Source of the DNA: Candidatus Methanomethylophilaceae archaeon
Lineage (GTDB): Archaea > Thermoplasmatota > Thermoplasmata > Methanomassiliicoccales > Methanomethylophilaceae
Assembly: GCA_050950505.1 (NCBI GenBank)
Contig: JBMNHS010000001.1
Coordinates: 960,001-1,024,000, forward strand
Reading direction: 5' to 3'
Length of the DNA: 64,000 bases
Position numbers and translations under genes: made by a program. Within the stretch, counting starts at the first letter, position 1, and every line of letters starts with the position of its first letter. The notes beneath the pieces are model-generated. The model had not been told where the DNA came from. It was given only the letters and a program-made list of their open reading frames with translations, and ran no database searches. Positions 49,117-58,055 of the stretch are shown here, piece by piece.

Positions 49117-49953
49117 GTGTTCATGCATTGCAAGGACATATCCGTCCTCGAAGCCGATTTTCCTTTGACGGAAGAAGGAATCCGCGAAGGTCTCGTCGGA
49201 CACAGGGCCTACGTAAGGGCGAAATACGCGGTATTGTCCAAAGACGGCGAATACGCCGTAGCGGAACAGCATCTTTCCGAAGGAAAAGGTCTATTCCGCA
49301 CGATTGAGTCCGTTGATATCATAGCCCTTCCCGATGAAACCGTGTTTGTGAATCTGCCGACGGCCGACGTTCTGAACGAACCCGACAGGGCACGGATCCA
49401 AAAAGAACATCCCGGGAAAACCGTCATCGTTCAGGGGATGTTTTCCCACATCAGTTTCGTAAAAGACGTGGATTACAAAATATTGAGAATCGTTGACAGC
49501 GTTCCCCCGTACCCTTCGAAAACCGATGTGTTGGTAAGGAAGGCTCTGGGTTCCGGGTTCATCGATATTCCCATCGTGACCGAGAATCTCATCATCGATT
49601 ACAAAGATCTGCTTCCGGAAGTGAAAACCGAAGGAGTGGTGTTCCCTTGTGTCGTATCCGGTCTTGAAGCGAACATGCCGCATTACTATCTTGACACGTT
49701 TCCGGACATAGAACACGAAGTCACTTTGATCGGCTGTGAAACATCGAGAAGAATATTCATGGAACTGTACGGCCGTGACGTTCCTTTGTTGAACACCTGT
49801 CCCAAAGACCTGTGTCCCAAGGACGGTGTCAAGACCATAGCCAGATGCTGTAAAATAAAGAAAAATCACATCATCGAAGGCGATGTTGCTTTGGTGCCTT
49901 GGGGCGTCACTGTTCCGGAGATAACCGAAGCAATCAAAGATTTGTTTTCCTGA
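49117..49953 (+). CDS. Hypothetical protein with scattered Cys (FPC, IGC, TCP, RCC)
   Basis: 278-aa ORF with typical codon usage; function not recognised. Confidence 0.7.
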   Translation: MFMHCKDISVLEADFPLTEEGIREGLVGHRAYVRAKYAVLSKDGEYAVAEQHLSEGKGLFRTIESVDIIALPDETVFVNLPTADVLNEPDRARIQKEHPGKTVIVQGMFSHISFVKDVDYKILRIVDSVPPYPSKTDVLVRKALGSGFIDIPIVTENLIIDYKDLLPEVKTEGVVFPCVVSGLEANMPHYYLDTFPDIEHEVTLIGCETSRRIFMELYGRDVPLLNTCPKDLCPKDGVKTIARCCKIKKNHIIEGDVALVPWGVTVPEITEAIKDLFS

Positions 49954-50340
49954 TCAAAACTTTTTCCGCCCCTTGGAAAAAGCTTTGTATCCTTCTTCGG
50001 CACGTCCGATTTTGCAAAGGAGTTCTCCAAGAAGATACCAGGAATCGGAATCTTCGGGATTCAGAATCAGCATGTTCTCAAGATGCGTTATCGCTTTTTC
50101 GGTATGGCCTTTCTCTTCCAGATGGCGTGCGGCGGAACGTCCCGAAGTTTCCTCGTCTAGAATTTGAGACATTTCTCTGGAAGCCCTCTCCATAAGGACG
50201 TTCACGGAATTCTCGGTAAGCCAGGGATATCGGTTCATAATCATCTCCCTGAAGGGAGCGGCTCTTTCCGGAACTACGGTTCCGGTGCCTCTTTCGAAAA
50301 TGCTCCGGGGGACCATCACAACGAGATTTCCGTGATGCAC
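49954..50340 (-). CDS. TPR-containing protein
   Basis: C-terminal TPR pattern (NPEDSDSWYLLGELLCKIGRAEEGYKAF). Confidence 0.75.
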   Translation of the reverse strand: MHHGNLVVMVPRSIFERGTGTVVPERAAPFREMIMNRYPWLTENSVNVLMERASREMSQILDEETSGRSAARHLEEKGHTEKAITHLENMLILNPEDSDSWYLLGELLCKIGRAEEGYKAFSKGRKKF

Positions 50341-50371
50341 CTCGATATGCCCCTTTGGGACCTGCAGAAAA

Positions 50372-51136
50372 TCACCTCAGATTTATGATGCATCCGCACT
50401 CGTCTCTTTTCCTGCTGCCGAAATCCGAAAGTCTGTCCAACTGTTCGGAATCGAACACGGGACCGTCTTTGCAGACCCTCTCCCCGTCAATGACGCAGCA
50501 TCCGCACACTCCGGTTCCGCATTTCATATGCCTTTCGAGAGAAAGCAGACAATCGACACCGAGTTCTTTGCAGGCTTTGTGCAAAAAGAAAAGCATTATT
50601 TCAGGACCGCAGCCGATGACCAAATCATATTTTCCGGAAATTATTTTTTCCTTGGCCAATTCCACGGCGTTGCCGTGGAATCCTCTGGAACCGTCATCAG
50701 TGGATATCCAGAGATTTTTTACGTATTTTTTTACCGGTCCGTCAAGTATTATCTCTTTGTCCGAACGGGCGCCGATGATGGTGTCACATCCCGTTTCGGC
50801 GATGGCGGGCAACAGAGCCGCGGCACCCACACCGCCGGCGACGGCAAGGATTTTCTTTTTTCCCTCAAGGTTGAACCCGTTTCCGTAAGGGCCTCTTATC
50901 CGCAGACAATCCCCCTCGTTCATCTTGTGAATGGCATTCGTGGCCTCACCGATTCCTTTTACGGTGATTGATTTGATTTTGCCGGTTTTGGACAGCGACA
51001 TTGGCACCTCGTCGACACCCGGCACCCAGACCATGACAAACTGTCCCGGCACGGCAGAAACGTCCAGTTCGAAATCAAAGGTGTAGGTGTCATGGCTTTC
51101 TTTTGTTTTCTTGATTATTCTGACAACGTTAATCAT
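50372..51136 (-). CDS. pyrK: Dihydroorotate dehydrogenase electron transfer subunit
   Basis: PGQFVMVW, RGPYGNGF, AGGVG, CGPE and MKCGTGVCGCC...CKDGPVF. Confidence 0.92.
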   Translation of the reverse strand: MINVVRIIKKTKESHDTYTFDFELDVSAVPGQFVMVWVPGVDEVPMSLSKTGKIKSITVKGIGEATNAIHKMNEGDCLRIRGPYGNGFNLEGKKKILAVAGGVGAAALLPAIAETGCDTIIGARSDKEIILDGPVKKYVKNLWISTDDGSRGFHGNAVELAKEKIISGKYDLVIGCGPEIMLFFLHKACKELGVDCLLSLERHMKCGTGVCGCCVIDGERVCKDGPVFDSEQLDRLSDFGSRKRDECGCIINLR

Positions 51137-52034
51137 GGGCAACACCCACCATGTCTTTAACGGATCCGAATCCCTGTTCATCCATGAAAGCCGAAACACC
51201 TTTGTTGACTTTATCGAAGATTTCGGTGCCGACGGTACCTACGGCGCTTCCTATTTGGAAAGCCGAAGCTCCGGCCATTACGTATTCGACGGCGTCTCTC
51301 CAGTCGGTAATGCCTCCCACGCCGATTATCGGTATGTCAACGGCATTGTAAAGATCGTAAACCGCACGGACTCCGACAGGTTTCACCCCGGGCCCGGACA
51401 AACCTCCGAATTTGTTGCTCAGTACGGGTTTGCGCAGTTCCGGACATATCACCATGGCTTTCAGCGTGTTGATTGCGACCAGGGCATCGGCGCCTCCCCT
51501 TTCCGCGGCCCGGCCCAGAGCGGGAACCGAATCGGTGTTTGGCGTGAGTTTTGCCCAGACCGGAATATCGACGGAAGATTTGACTTCGGAAACCACGGAA
51601 GTTATCATTTCGGGGACCGAACCTATTTCTGCGCCGTAGCCCGCGGCATGGGGACAGGACAGATTCAATTCAACGGCAACCGCGCCGTATTCTTCCATTT
51701 TGGAAGCCAGATATGCAAATTCTTTTTCATCGCCCCCGAACACAGATCCCACCACGGGACCTTCGGCGGAGGCCATTCCGACTTCTGCTTCAAACAAATC
51801 GATGCCCGGGTTCGGCAATCCCATGGCATTCACGTATCCGCATCCGACTTCCGTGAATGTCGGATTGGCATGGCCGGGGCGGGGTTCGGAACCGATGGAT
51901 TTGGTTACCACCGCTCCCGCGCCGGATTTAAACATGCGGACCATTGAATCTCCCGTTTCATCCATTATGCCCGATGCGACGATTCCCGGAAACCTGAAAT
52001 TCAGTTTGCCGACGGTTACTTCCAATTTTCCCAT
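51129..52034 (-). CDS. pyrD: Dihydroorotate dehydrogenase, family 1B catalytic subunit
   Basis: VVTKS, NAMGLPNPG, ELNLSCPH, KLTPN, INT and GGLSG; real start near 52034 rather than 53192. Confidence 0.93.
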   Translation of the reverse strand: MGKLEVTVGKLNFRFPGIVASGIMDETGDSMVRMFKSGAGAVVTKSIGSEPRPGHANPTFTEVGCGYVNAMGLPNPGIDLFEAEVGMASAEGPVVGSVFGGDEKEFAYLASKMEEYGAVAVELNLSCPHAAGYGAEIGSVPEMITSVVSEVKSSVDIPVWAKLTPNTDSVPALGRAAERGGADALVAINTLKAMVICPELRKPVLSNKFGGLSGPGVKPVGVRAVYDLYNAVDIPIIGVGGITDWRDAVEYVMAGASAFQIGSAVGTVGTEIFDKVNKGVSAFMDEQGFGSVKDMVGVAHD

Positions 52035-52112
52035 TGGCACGGGATATGCCTTCCACATTAAAAACCCGTTCAGATGCATAAATGTAAAGAACAGGAGTAT
52101 CATGGCCTTTTC

Positions 52113-53324
52113 ATGGACCTGACGGCACTCCGCGGAGACTTCCCTACCATGAGGGACGGCAAAGGCGTCTACTTGGACAGCGCCTGCCAATCCCTGCGTC
52201 CCGACAAAGTCATTCAAGCCATCACCCGGTATTATGAAGAAACCCCCACCTGCGGAGGCAGAAGCGTTCACGGCATGGGTTCCAAAGTATCCATAACCGT
52301 TGACGAAACAAGGGAGACGTTGGCGGAATTCTTCAACACCGACGATTCCGGCTGTTACTCTTTCTGCAGAAACACCACCGAAGCGCTGAACACCATAGCT
52401 TTCGGACTTCCTTTCAACCCCGGAGATGCCGTGATGACTTCCGATTCGGAGCACAACTCCAATCATGTTCCCTGGCTGATACTGGCGGAAAAGAAAGGAT
52501 TGAAAAGAAGATACGCCAAAACCACCGAAGAAGGGGAATTCGATCTGGAAGCTTTCAAGGAATCCATGGACGGCAGCGTCAAAGCGGTGTCCGTGCAACA
52601 TGCCAGCAACGTGACCGGGTGCACCATGCCAGTCAAAGAAATCGTTGAAATCGCACGGGATTACGGAGCGGTTTCCATCATTGACGGGGCGCAGGCGGCA
52701 CCTCACATGAAAGTCGACCTGAGCGACATAGATCCGGATTTTTATTGCATGTCCGTACACAAGATGCTCGGACCTTCGGGGATGGGCGTGATGTACGGAA
52801 AGTCCGAGTGTTTGGAAAAACTCAGTCCGTTGATTTACGGGGGCGGAACGGTAGGGATAACCACATACGAATCTGTCAGACTGGCACCCCATCCCGAGAA
52901 GTTTGAAGCAGGATTGCAGGACTATGCGGGAATCGCAGGCACCAAAGCCGCGTTGGAATATCTCATGGACGTGGGAATGGAAAACATAGAAAAACACAAC
53001 AGGATGCTGATGAGAAAAATAGATTCCGGCACCGAAGGCATCGAAGGACTGAAAGTGCTCGGTCCGAAGAATCCAGACAGACGGGGCAGCGTGTTCTCCT
53101 TCAACGTTGACGGAATGTCCCCTCATGACATAGCCGTCATTCTCGACGAAATGGACGGAATCATGATCCGTTCCGGTCTGCACTGCGCTCATCCGATGTT
53201 CGAAGGCAAAGGAATCAAAGGCAGCGCCCGGGCTTCGGTTTATCTCTACAACAATGAGGAAGACATCGAACGTTTCTGCAACGCATTAAGAAAAGCCGCA
53301 GAAATATTCGGCGACAAATCATAA
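52113..53324 (+). CDS. Cysteine desulfurase, SufS/class V aminotransferase family
   Basis: YLDSA, EHNSN, HASNVTG, DGAQ, SVHKMLGPSG, RSGLHCA and RASVYLYN. Confidence 0.9.
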   Translation: MDLTALRGDFPTMRDGKGVYLDSACQSLRPDKVIQAITRYYEETPTCGGRSVHGMGSKVSITVDETRETLAEFFNTDDSGCYSFCRNTTEALNTIAFGLPFNPGDAVMTSDSEHNSNHVPWLILAEKKGLKRRYAKTTEEGEFDLEAFKESMDGSVKAVSVQHASNVTGCTMPVKEIVEIARDYGAVSIIDGAQAAPHMKVDLSDIDPDFYCMSVHKMLGPSGMGVMYGKSECLEKLSPLIYGGGTVGITTYESVRLAPHPEKFEAGLQDYAGIAGTKAALEYLMDVGMENIEKHNRMLMRKIDSGTEGIEGLKVLGPKNPDRRGSVFSFNVDGMSPHDIAVILDEMDGIMIRSGLHCAHPMFEGKGIKGSARASVYLYNNEEDIERFCNALRKAAEIFGDKS

Positions 53325-53684
53325 CCGGACAAGAACGCCGTCAACGACTTTCAACCGAATCTCTTCGTTGTATCCCAACGTAAGACGGGAGACGTTCAGA
53401 GTATGGGATACGTATTCGCCCTTTGAATTTTTAAGAATGACTTCGTGACCTTCCGCGATCAGGCCGCAGTCCGAACCCGGGAGAACATCCCATCCCCTGA
53501 TTGTGAACTCATCCGCATCATAACCGTGCAGACTGTCCAGCATCCAGGCGATTCGGTCCGCATTTTCGCTCATCAGCACGTCTTCGTTTGAAGAATACAT
53601 TCCCGTCAGGGGAATGCCGACGGAGGCCAACAACGCTATGCCGCAGATGCAAAGCGTCACTCTGGAGTACGTGAATTCAATCAA
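53319..53684 (-). CDS. Pilin-cluster protein with N-terminal hydrophobic helix
   Basis: TTG start overlapping the upstream TGA; MIEFTYSRVTLCICGIALLASVGIPL. Confidence 0.55.
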   Translation of the reverse strand: MIEFTYSRVTLCICGIALLASVGIPLTGMYSSNEDVLMSENADRIAWMLDSLHGYDADEFTIRGWDVLPGSDCGLIAEGHEVILKNSKGEYVSHTLNVSRLTLGYNEEIRLKVVDGVLVRL

Positions 53685-54112
53685 AGCACACTCACCCTGA
53701 CAGCCGCCCCTCCGTCGCAGGAAACACATTCGAATTCAAGCGTAAGAATTCCTGAAACGGAAACGGGTTCGGCGAATCGGACCGGAGGCCGTTCCATAAA
53801 GACCCTTCCCACTTCTTCGTCGGAATAAACCATCCTTATCTCATAAGCGTCGGAACCTTCCCCGCCTATATCCAATCTGCAACCGGTCCCGATGGAAACA
53901 TCGGCGGTGAAAACACCGCCGATTCCGGCGTAATATGTTTTTTTGGCAGTATCGGACACCGTTTTTGCCTGAATCAGAAGATCGGAGACTTCCGTGTCTT
54001 TGCGGAAATCCCCGATAAAACCCACCGCCACGGGAACGATGAGGGCCAATATCAGGAAAACAACGGTAAGCCGTATCGGCATTCCGATAACGCCTTTGCG
54101 GTCCCGTCTCAG
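53681..54112 (-). CDS. Archaeal type IV pilin-like protein (class III signal peptide if started at CTG 54112)
   Basis: In-frame RRDRKG-VIGMPIRLTVVFLILALI upstream of and through the ATG at 54082. Confidence 0.6.
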   Translation of the reverse strand: MRRDRKGVIGMPIRLTVVFLILALIVPVAVGFIGDFRKDTEVSDLLIQAKTVSDTAKKTYYAGIGGVFTADVSIGTGCRLDIGGEGSDAYEIRMVYSDEEVGRVFMERPPVRFAEPVSVSGILTLEFECVSCDGGAAVRVSVL

Positions 54113-54579
54113 GCTATCACCGGAATCCTTGTGCTGTTGTGTTCCCCGTATTCCGGTGCGGAGACATTGACGGTAATATATCCTATGGGGCTGTGTTTCA
54201 TTATGATTCTCAACTGGGTAAACGAGACGACTCCGGCATGATTTGTGGTATCGTACGGAACGTCACCGTCGTCTGTGCGGATTCCGAGACCGGTAAGAAC
54301 GACGGAAGCGTTTTCGAGGGGATTGCCGTCCTGATCAGTGACGGTCACCGATATCATGGCATCCGTGATTATCCCGTTCTCCAATTCTATGCTCGGAGTG
54401 TGGACCTGAACCCCGCCGATGTACTTCGGACTTTCGATATTACCCATCCAACCCAGAATGATGCCGGCCCCGATGGTTGCAACCATGATGATTATTATCA
54501 GTTGCAGCGGAAGTCCCTCGATTCCGCCTCTTCTGTCTTTCGACATTCCTCCTTTCATGAGACGCTTGATTATTCTCAT
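54109..54579 (-). CDS. Archaeal type IV pilin-like protein with Ig-like C-domain
   Basis: KDRRG-GIEGLPLQLIIIIMVATIGAGIILGW class III signal; VTVTDQDGNPLENASVVL Ig-like motif. Confidence 0.7.
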   Translation of the reverse strand: MRIIKRLMKGGMSKDRRGGIEGLPLQLIIIIMVATIGAGIILGWMGNIESPKYIGGVQVHTPSIELENGIITDAMISVTVTDQDGNPLENASVVLTGLGIRTDDGDVPYDTTNHAGVVSFTQLRIIMKHSPIGYITVNVSAPEYGEHNSTRIPVIA

Positions 54580-54645
54580 GATTCCAAGATTCGGAATGTG
54601 CCCGTATAAGAACGGATATCTACAGTTAATCTTACGGTGAAAAAG

Positions 54646-55188
54646 TCAAAGATGTTTTTCGTAAATCGCTTTGTAAACGGGTCCTTCAGGTTTAAGCACG
54701 CTGCGGTATACGGTCACTTTGTCGCATTTGAAAACAAAGAACTCCCTGTCTTTGTTTTCTTCGGAGATTTTTCCCGCCAGTTCGGAACCGTTTATGTCTC
54801 TGGATCTTCCGACGGTGATGTGCGGGACGAACTTTTTTCTGTCATGGGAAATGTTCCGTTCGGAGAGATTGTCCGAAATATCATCGGCAAGTTTTTCGAG
54901 AACGCCGTGGGAATCGGCACCGATCCACAGTACTCTGGGTCCGTTTCTTCCGGGAAAGGTCCCCATGCCTTTTACGGATACTTCGAAAGAATCCAACCCT
55001 TCGGCGGCTTTGTCGAGAGCGCAAACGATGCCCTTCAACTCTTCTTCCGTAATCTCCCCTATGAAACACAGGGTGAGATGCAGTCCGTCCGGTCCGTAAG
55101 TCTTCATCTTTTTTTCGGATTTCAGAAGTGAAATCGGTTCGGCCAAAGATCGGTTTTCGGGAATTCTTATTGCGATGAATGTTCTCAT
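54646..55188 (-). CDS. thpR: RNA 2',3'-cyclic phosphodiesterase (2H family)
   Basis: MRTFIAI, two HxT motifs (HLTL, HITV), PRVLWIG and SVLKPEGPVY. Confidence 0.92.
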   Translation of the reverse strand: MRTFIAIRIPENRSLAEPISLLKSEKKMKTYGPDGLHLTLCFIGEITEEELKGIVCALDKAAEGLDSFEVSVKGMGTFPGRNGPRVLWIGADSHGVLEKLADDISDNLSERNISHDRKKFVPHITVGRSRDINGSELAGKISEENKDREFFVFKCDKVTVYRSVLKPEGPVYKAIYEKHL

Positions 55189-55192
55189 GTCT

Positions 55193-56302
55193 TCACTTTA
55201 TCTCAGTCAGTTTGTATTCGGAAGAGCCGAAACCCATCTTTTTTGCATGTTCAAAGGTGCTTTGCCATCTTGTTTCGGGATGGATGCAGGCAAACATGTC
55301 TTCGGGAACCTTGTGGCCGCATTTTTCGTACAATGCGCTGCCTATGACCGGCGGCTGCTTAAGGGCCAAATCAATGCAGGCTTTGTCCAAAGCCACGGGA
55401 TCGAAAGACGCCAGCATTCCCACGTCGGGAATCACCGGCGTGTCGTTCTCGGAATGGCAATCGCAGTATGGCGAGACATCCGTCATCACGGTGATGTGGA
55501 AATGGGGTTTGTCCTTGACGGCCGCCATGGCGTATTCAACTATCTTGGCGTTCAATATTTCGGCGTCCTCGTCGTTTTCAGCACTTATGGCGTCATAAAG
55601 ACAGGCGCCGATGCATCTTCCGCATCCGACACACTCATTATAGTCGATGACGGCTTTCTTTTCAATCAGGGTTATGGCATTCTGAGCGCAGTATTTCATA
55701 CACTTTCCGCATCCGACGCATTCTTCCGGATCCACGGAAGGTTTGCCCGCGGCATGCATTTCCATCTTTCCGCGGCGTGACGCACATCCCATGGAGATGT
55801 TCTTCAACGCACCTCCGAATCCTGTCAGTTCGTGGCATTTGAAGTGGGACAGGGTTACGAGTATGTCCGCATCATGAATCGCTCTCCCAATTTTCGCGGT
55901 TTTGACGTATTCGCCGTCAATGGGAATTTCAACTTCGTCGGTGCCTTTCAGACCGTCTCCGATGATTATCTGACAGCCCGCGGACATCCTGTTGAATCCG
56001 TTGTAATTGGCGGTGTCCAAGTGTTCCGGGGCGGTTTTTCGGTTTCCGACGTACAGTGTGTTGCAATCGGTCAGGAAAGGAATGCCTCCGTTGTTTCTGA
56101 CTTCTTCCGCTATTACCCGGGGAAATCCCGGTCTCAGATACGCAAGGTTTCCCAACTCCCCGAAATGCATTTTGATCGCAACGAACTTCTTGTCGCAATC
56201 CATGTTTCCGAATCCGGCTTTAAGCATCAGTCTGCGGAACTTATCGGGTATCGTGTCTCCGATCTCGGCTCGCATGTCGGTAAAGAAAACTTCGGATGCC
56301 AT
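55193..56302 (-). CDS. DUF362 Fe-S protein with inserted 2[4Fe-4S] ferredoxin domain
   Basis: KMHFGE, LTDCNTLY, HFKCH, GGALKN, two CxxCxxCxxxC motifs and DPVALD. Confidence 0.88.
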   Translation of the reverse strand: MASEVFFTDMRAEIGDTIPDKFRRLMLKAGFGNMDCDKKFVAIKMHFGELGNLAYLRPGFPRVIAEEVRNNGGIPFLTDCNTLYVGNRKTAPEHLDTANYNGFNRMSAGCQIIIGDGLKGTDEVEIPIDGEYVKTAKIGRAIHDADILVTLSHFKCHELTGFGGALKNISMGCASRRGKMEMHAAGKPSVDPEECVGCGKCMKYCAQNAITLIEKKAVIDYNECVGCGRCIGACLYDAISAENDEDAEILNAKIVEYAMAAVKDKPHFHITVMTDVSPYCDCHSENDTPVIPDVGMLASFDPVALDKACIDLALKQPPVIGSALYEKCGHKVPEDMFACIHPETRWQSTFEHAKKMGFGSSEYKLTEIK

Positions 56303-56552
56303 GACACCGTGATTACTCTCGCGATATATATCGGATGTTTACCCGACGGAGGGAAAAATTGTCGATTCCACGGTTTGTATTCAAGGGAATACCGATGTCT
56401 CCTTTGTAATATATTTGTCTCTCCGCCGACAACTTTCGGCTTCGATTGACGGTAGTCAATCCACGCCCTTTTCGGACGGAGGCATTACTTAAAATACGGG
56501 AATAAATTAACACTGTTCTGACGGAAATTCATTTCTGTCGGAGGAATAAAAA

Positions 56553-56978
56553 ATGTACACAATGAGTCCCTATTCCGGAAAGCTTCTCGACGATAAAGAA
56601 GCCATAGAAAAATATAACGCCGAGAAGCAGTGGGGCCTTCTCGTTTCCGTCGATTTGGGCGGTTGCGACCACGATAAAATATCCAGCAAAGATCACATCA
56701 CGCAGTTTGCCGTGGATCTTGCCAAACACATCGATATGAAAAGATACGGGGAACCTCAGGTGGTCTTCTTCGGCGATGAGCCCAAAGTACAAGGGTATTC
56801 TTTGGTTCAGCTGATAGAAACCTCGATGATTTCCGGTCACTTCGCCGAAGACACCGACCGTGCATTCATCGACATATTTTCCTGCAAGGAATTCGGCCCC
56901 AAAGACGCCGCCGAATTTTCCCAAAAGTTTTTCGGTGCCGAAAAAATGGAATACTCCGTCTCTTTCAGAGACATATGA
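56553..56978 (+). CDS. S-adenosylmethionine decarboxylase-family proenzyme
   Basis: VDLGGC, GYSLVQLIETSMISGH and DIFSCK. Confidence 0.8.
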   Translation: MYTMSPYSGKLLDDKEAIEKYNAEKQWGLLVSVDLGGCDHDKISSKDHITQFAVDLAKHIDMKRYGEPQVVFFGDEPKVQGYSLVQLIETSMISGHFAEDTDRAFIDIFSCKEFGPKDAAEFSQKFFGAEKMEYSVSFRDI

Positions 56979-57039
56979 AACTTCAATTCCCCTCTCCTGC
57001 GAGAGGGGTATTCTTATCCCACGATTTTTTATTTTTCAA

Positions 57040-57732
57040 TCAAAGTCTGTTCAGCGGACAGGCTTTCAGGCATAATCCGCATCTCAGCCCTTCCAGAGTT
57101 TTGAACATGTAATCCCTGCATGCGAATTTTTCAATCGTTCCGTCTTCCCCTATGGCTCCGACGGGACAGACTTCCACGCATATGTTGCAATCTTTGCAGA
57201 GATCGCTGATGAATTTTGTTTCATGGGATTCGTGAGGAATTTCCAGGTCCGTGAGAATGGCGATGATTCTGACCCTGGGGCCGTATTCCGGAGTTATTAT
57301 CAGATGGTTTGTCCCATAGGAACCCATTCCGGCGCACTATACCGCCCACTTTATTGAAAGGTTGGCAAGCAATGTTTCTTTGTCGGCGTACCAATAACCG
57401 AACTCGCTTCCTTCGTTGGGAACGATACTGGCCAAGAATCCCTTTTTTTCTATCCTTCTTGCGACTTTGTACGCTGCGACTCTGAGAAATGCCGTGGCGG
57501 ACATCAGCGTGTTCGTGTATTCCGCTCTGCCGGCCGGAAGAGGTTCAACCGCACCGTTGTGTACGGCTGCGGCCAACAACACCACGGATCGGATGTTTTC
57601 AAAAAAGTCCTGAGGTTTTTTTCCTGTATATTTTTCATCAAGGAAACAATTCGCATCGACAACGCCGAACAGATCCATTCCTTCGGCTTCGGCCAACTGT
57701 TTCAATTCGTTGAACAAAGTAATATCCGCCAT
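57040..57732 (-). CDS. QueG/reductive-dehalogenase-like Fe-S protein with an in-frame TAG at 57337-57339 (230 aa if read through)
   Basis: The two track ORFs share a frame: SIKWAV-TAG-CAGMGSYGTNHL; YGPRVR, CKDCNICVEVCP and CGLCLKACP. Confidence 0.8.
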
Positions 57733-58055
57733 TTTTTCACTTTCCGCGTTTATTCATAGGATTATGCACCTTTAAACCGTTTATTCACCATTTAGACCAT
57801 ATGGGCCGGTTGACACAGGGACATGGATTGTCGTTGATATTATGATATTGAAGGAAATCAAAGAATTTACAATTGGCAAACTATATCCTCATTGTATATT
57901 TTCTATATCTCTTTATCACAATGGTATTTTCAACCATCCAGCAGTTATTTTTAACATAAGGTGATTAGTAACCATATTTATCCTAATTGTATTGGATAAT
58001 CCTTATTGTGATAATTTTAGAAACCTATATATTTACCGAGGACGTCGCGTTGTAT

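Noticed and set aside
51129-53192. 687-aa ORF suggesting a large N-terminal fusion on PyrD
   Set aside because: The extra ~385 aa is the antisense shadow of the SufS-like gene; PyrD similarity starts at MGKLEV (52034)
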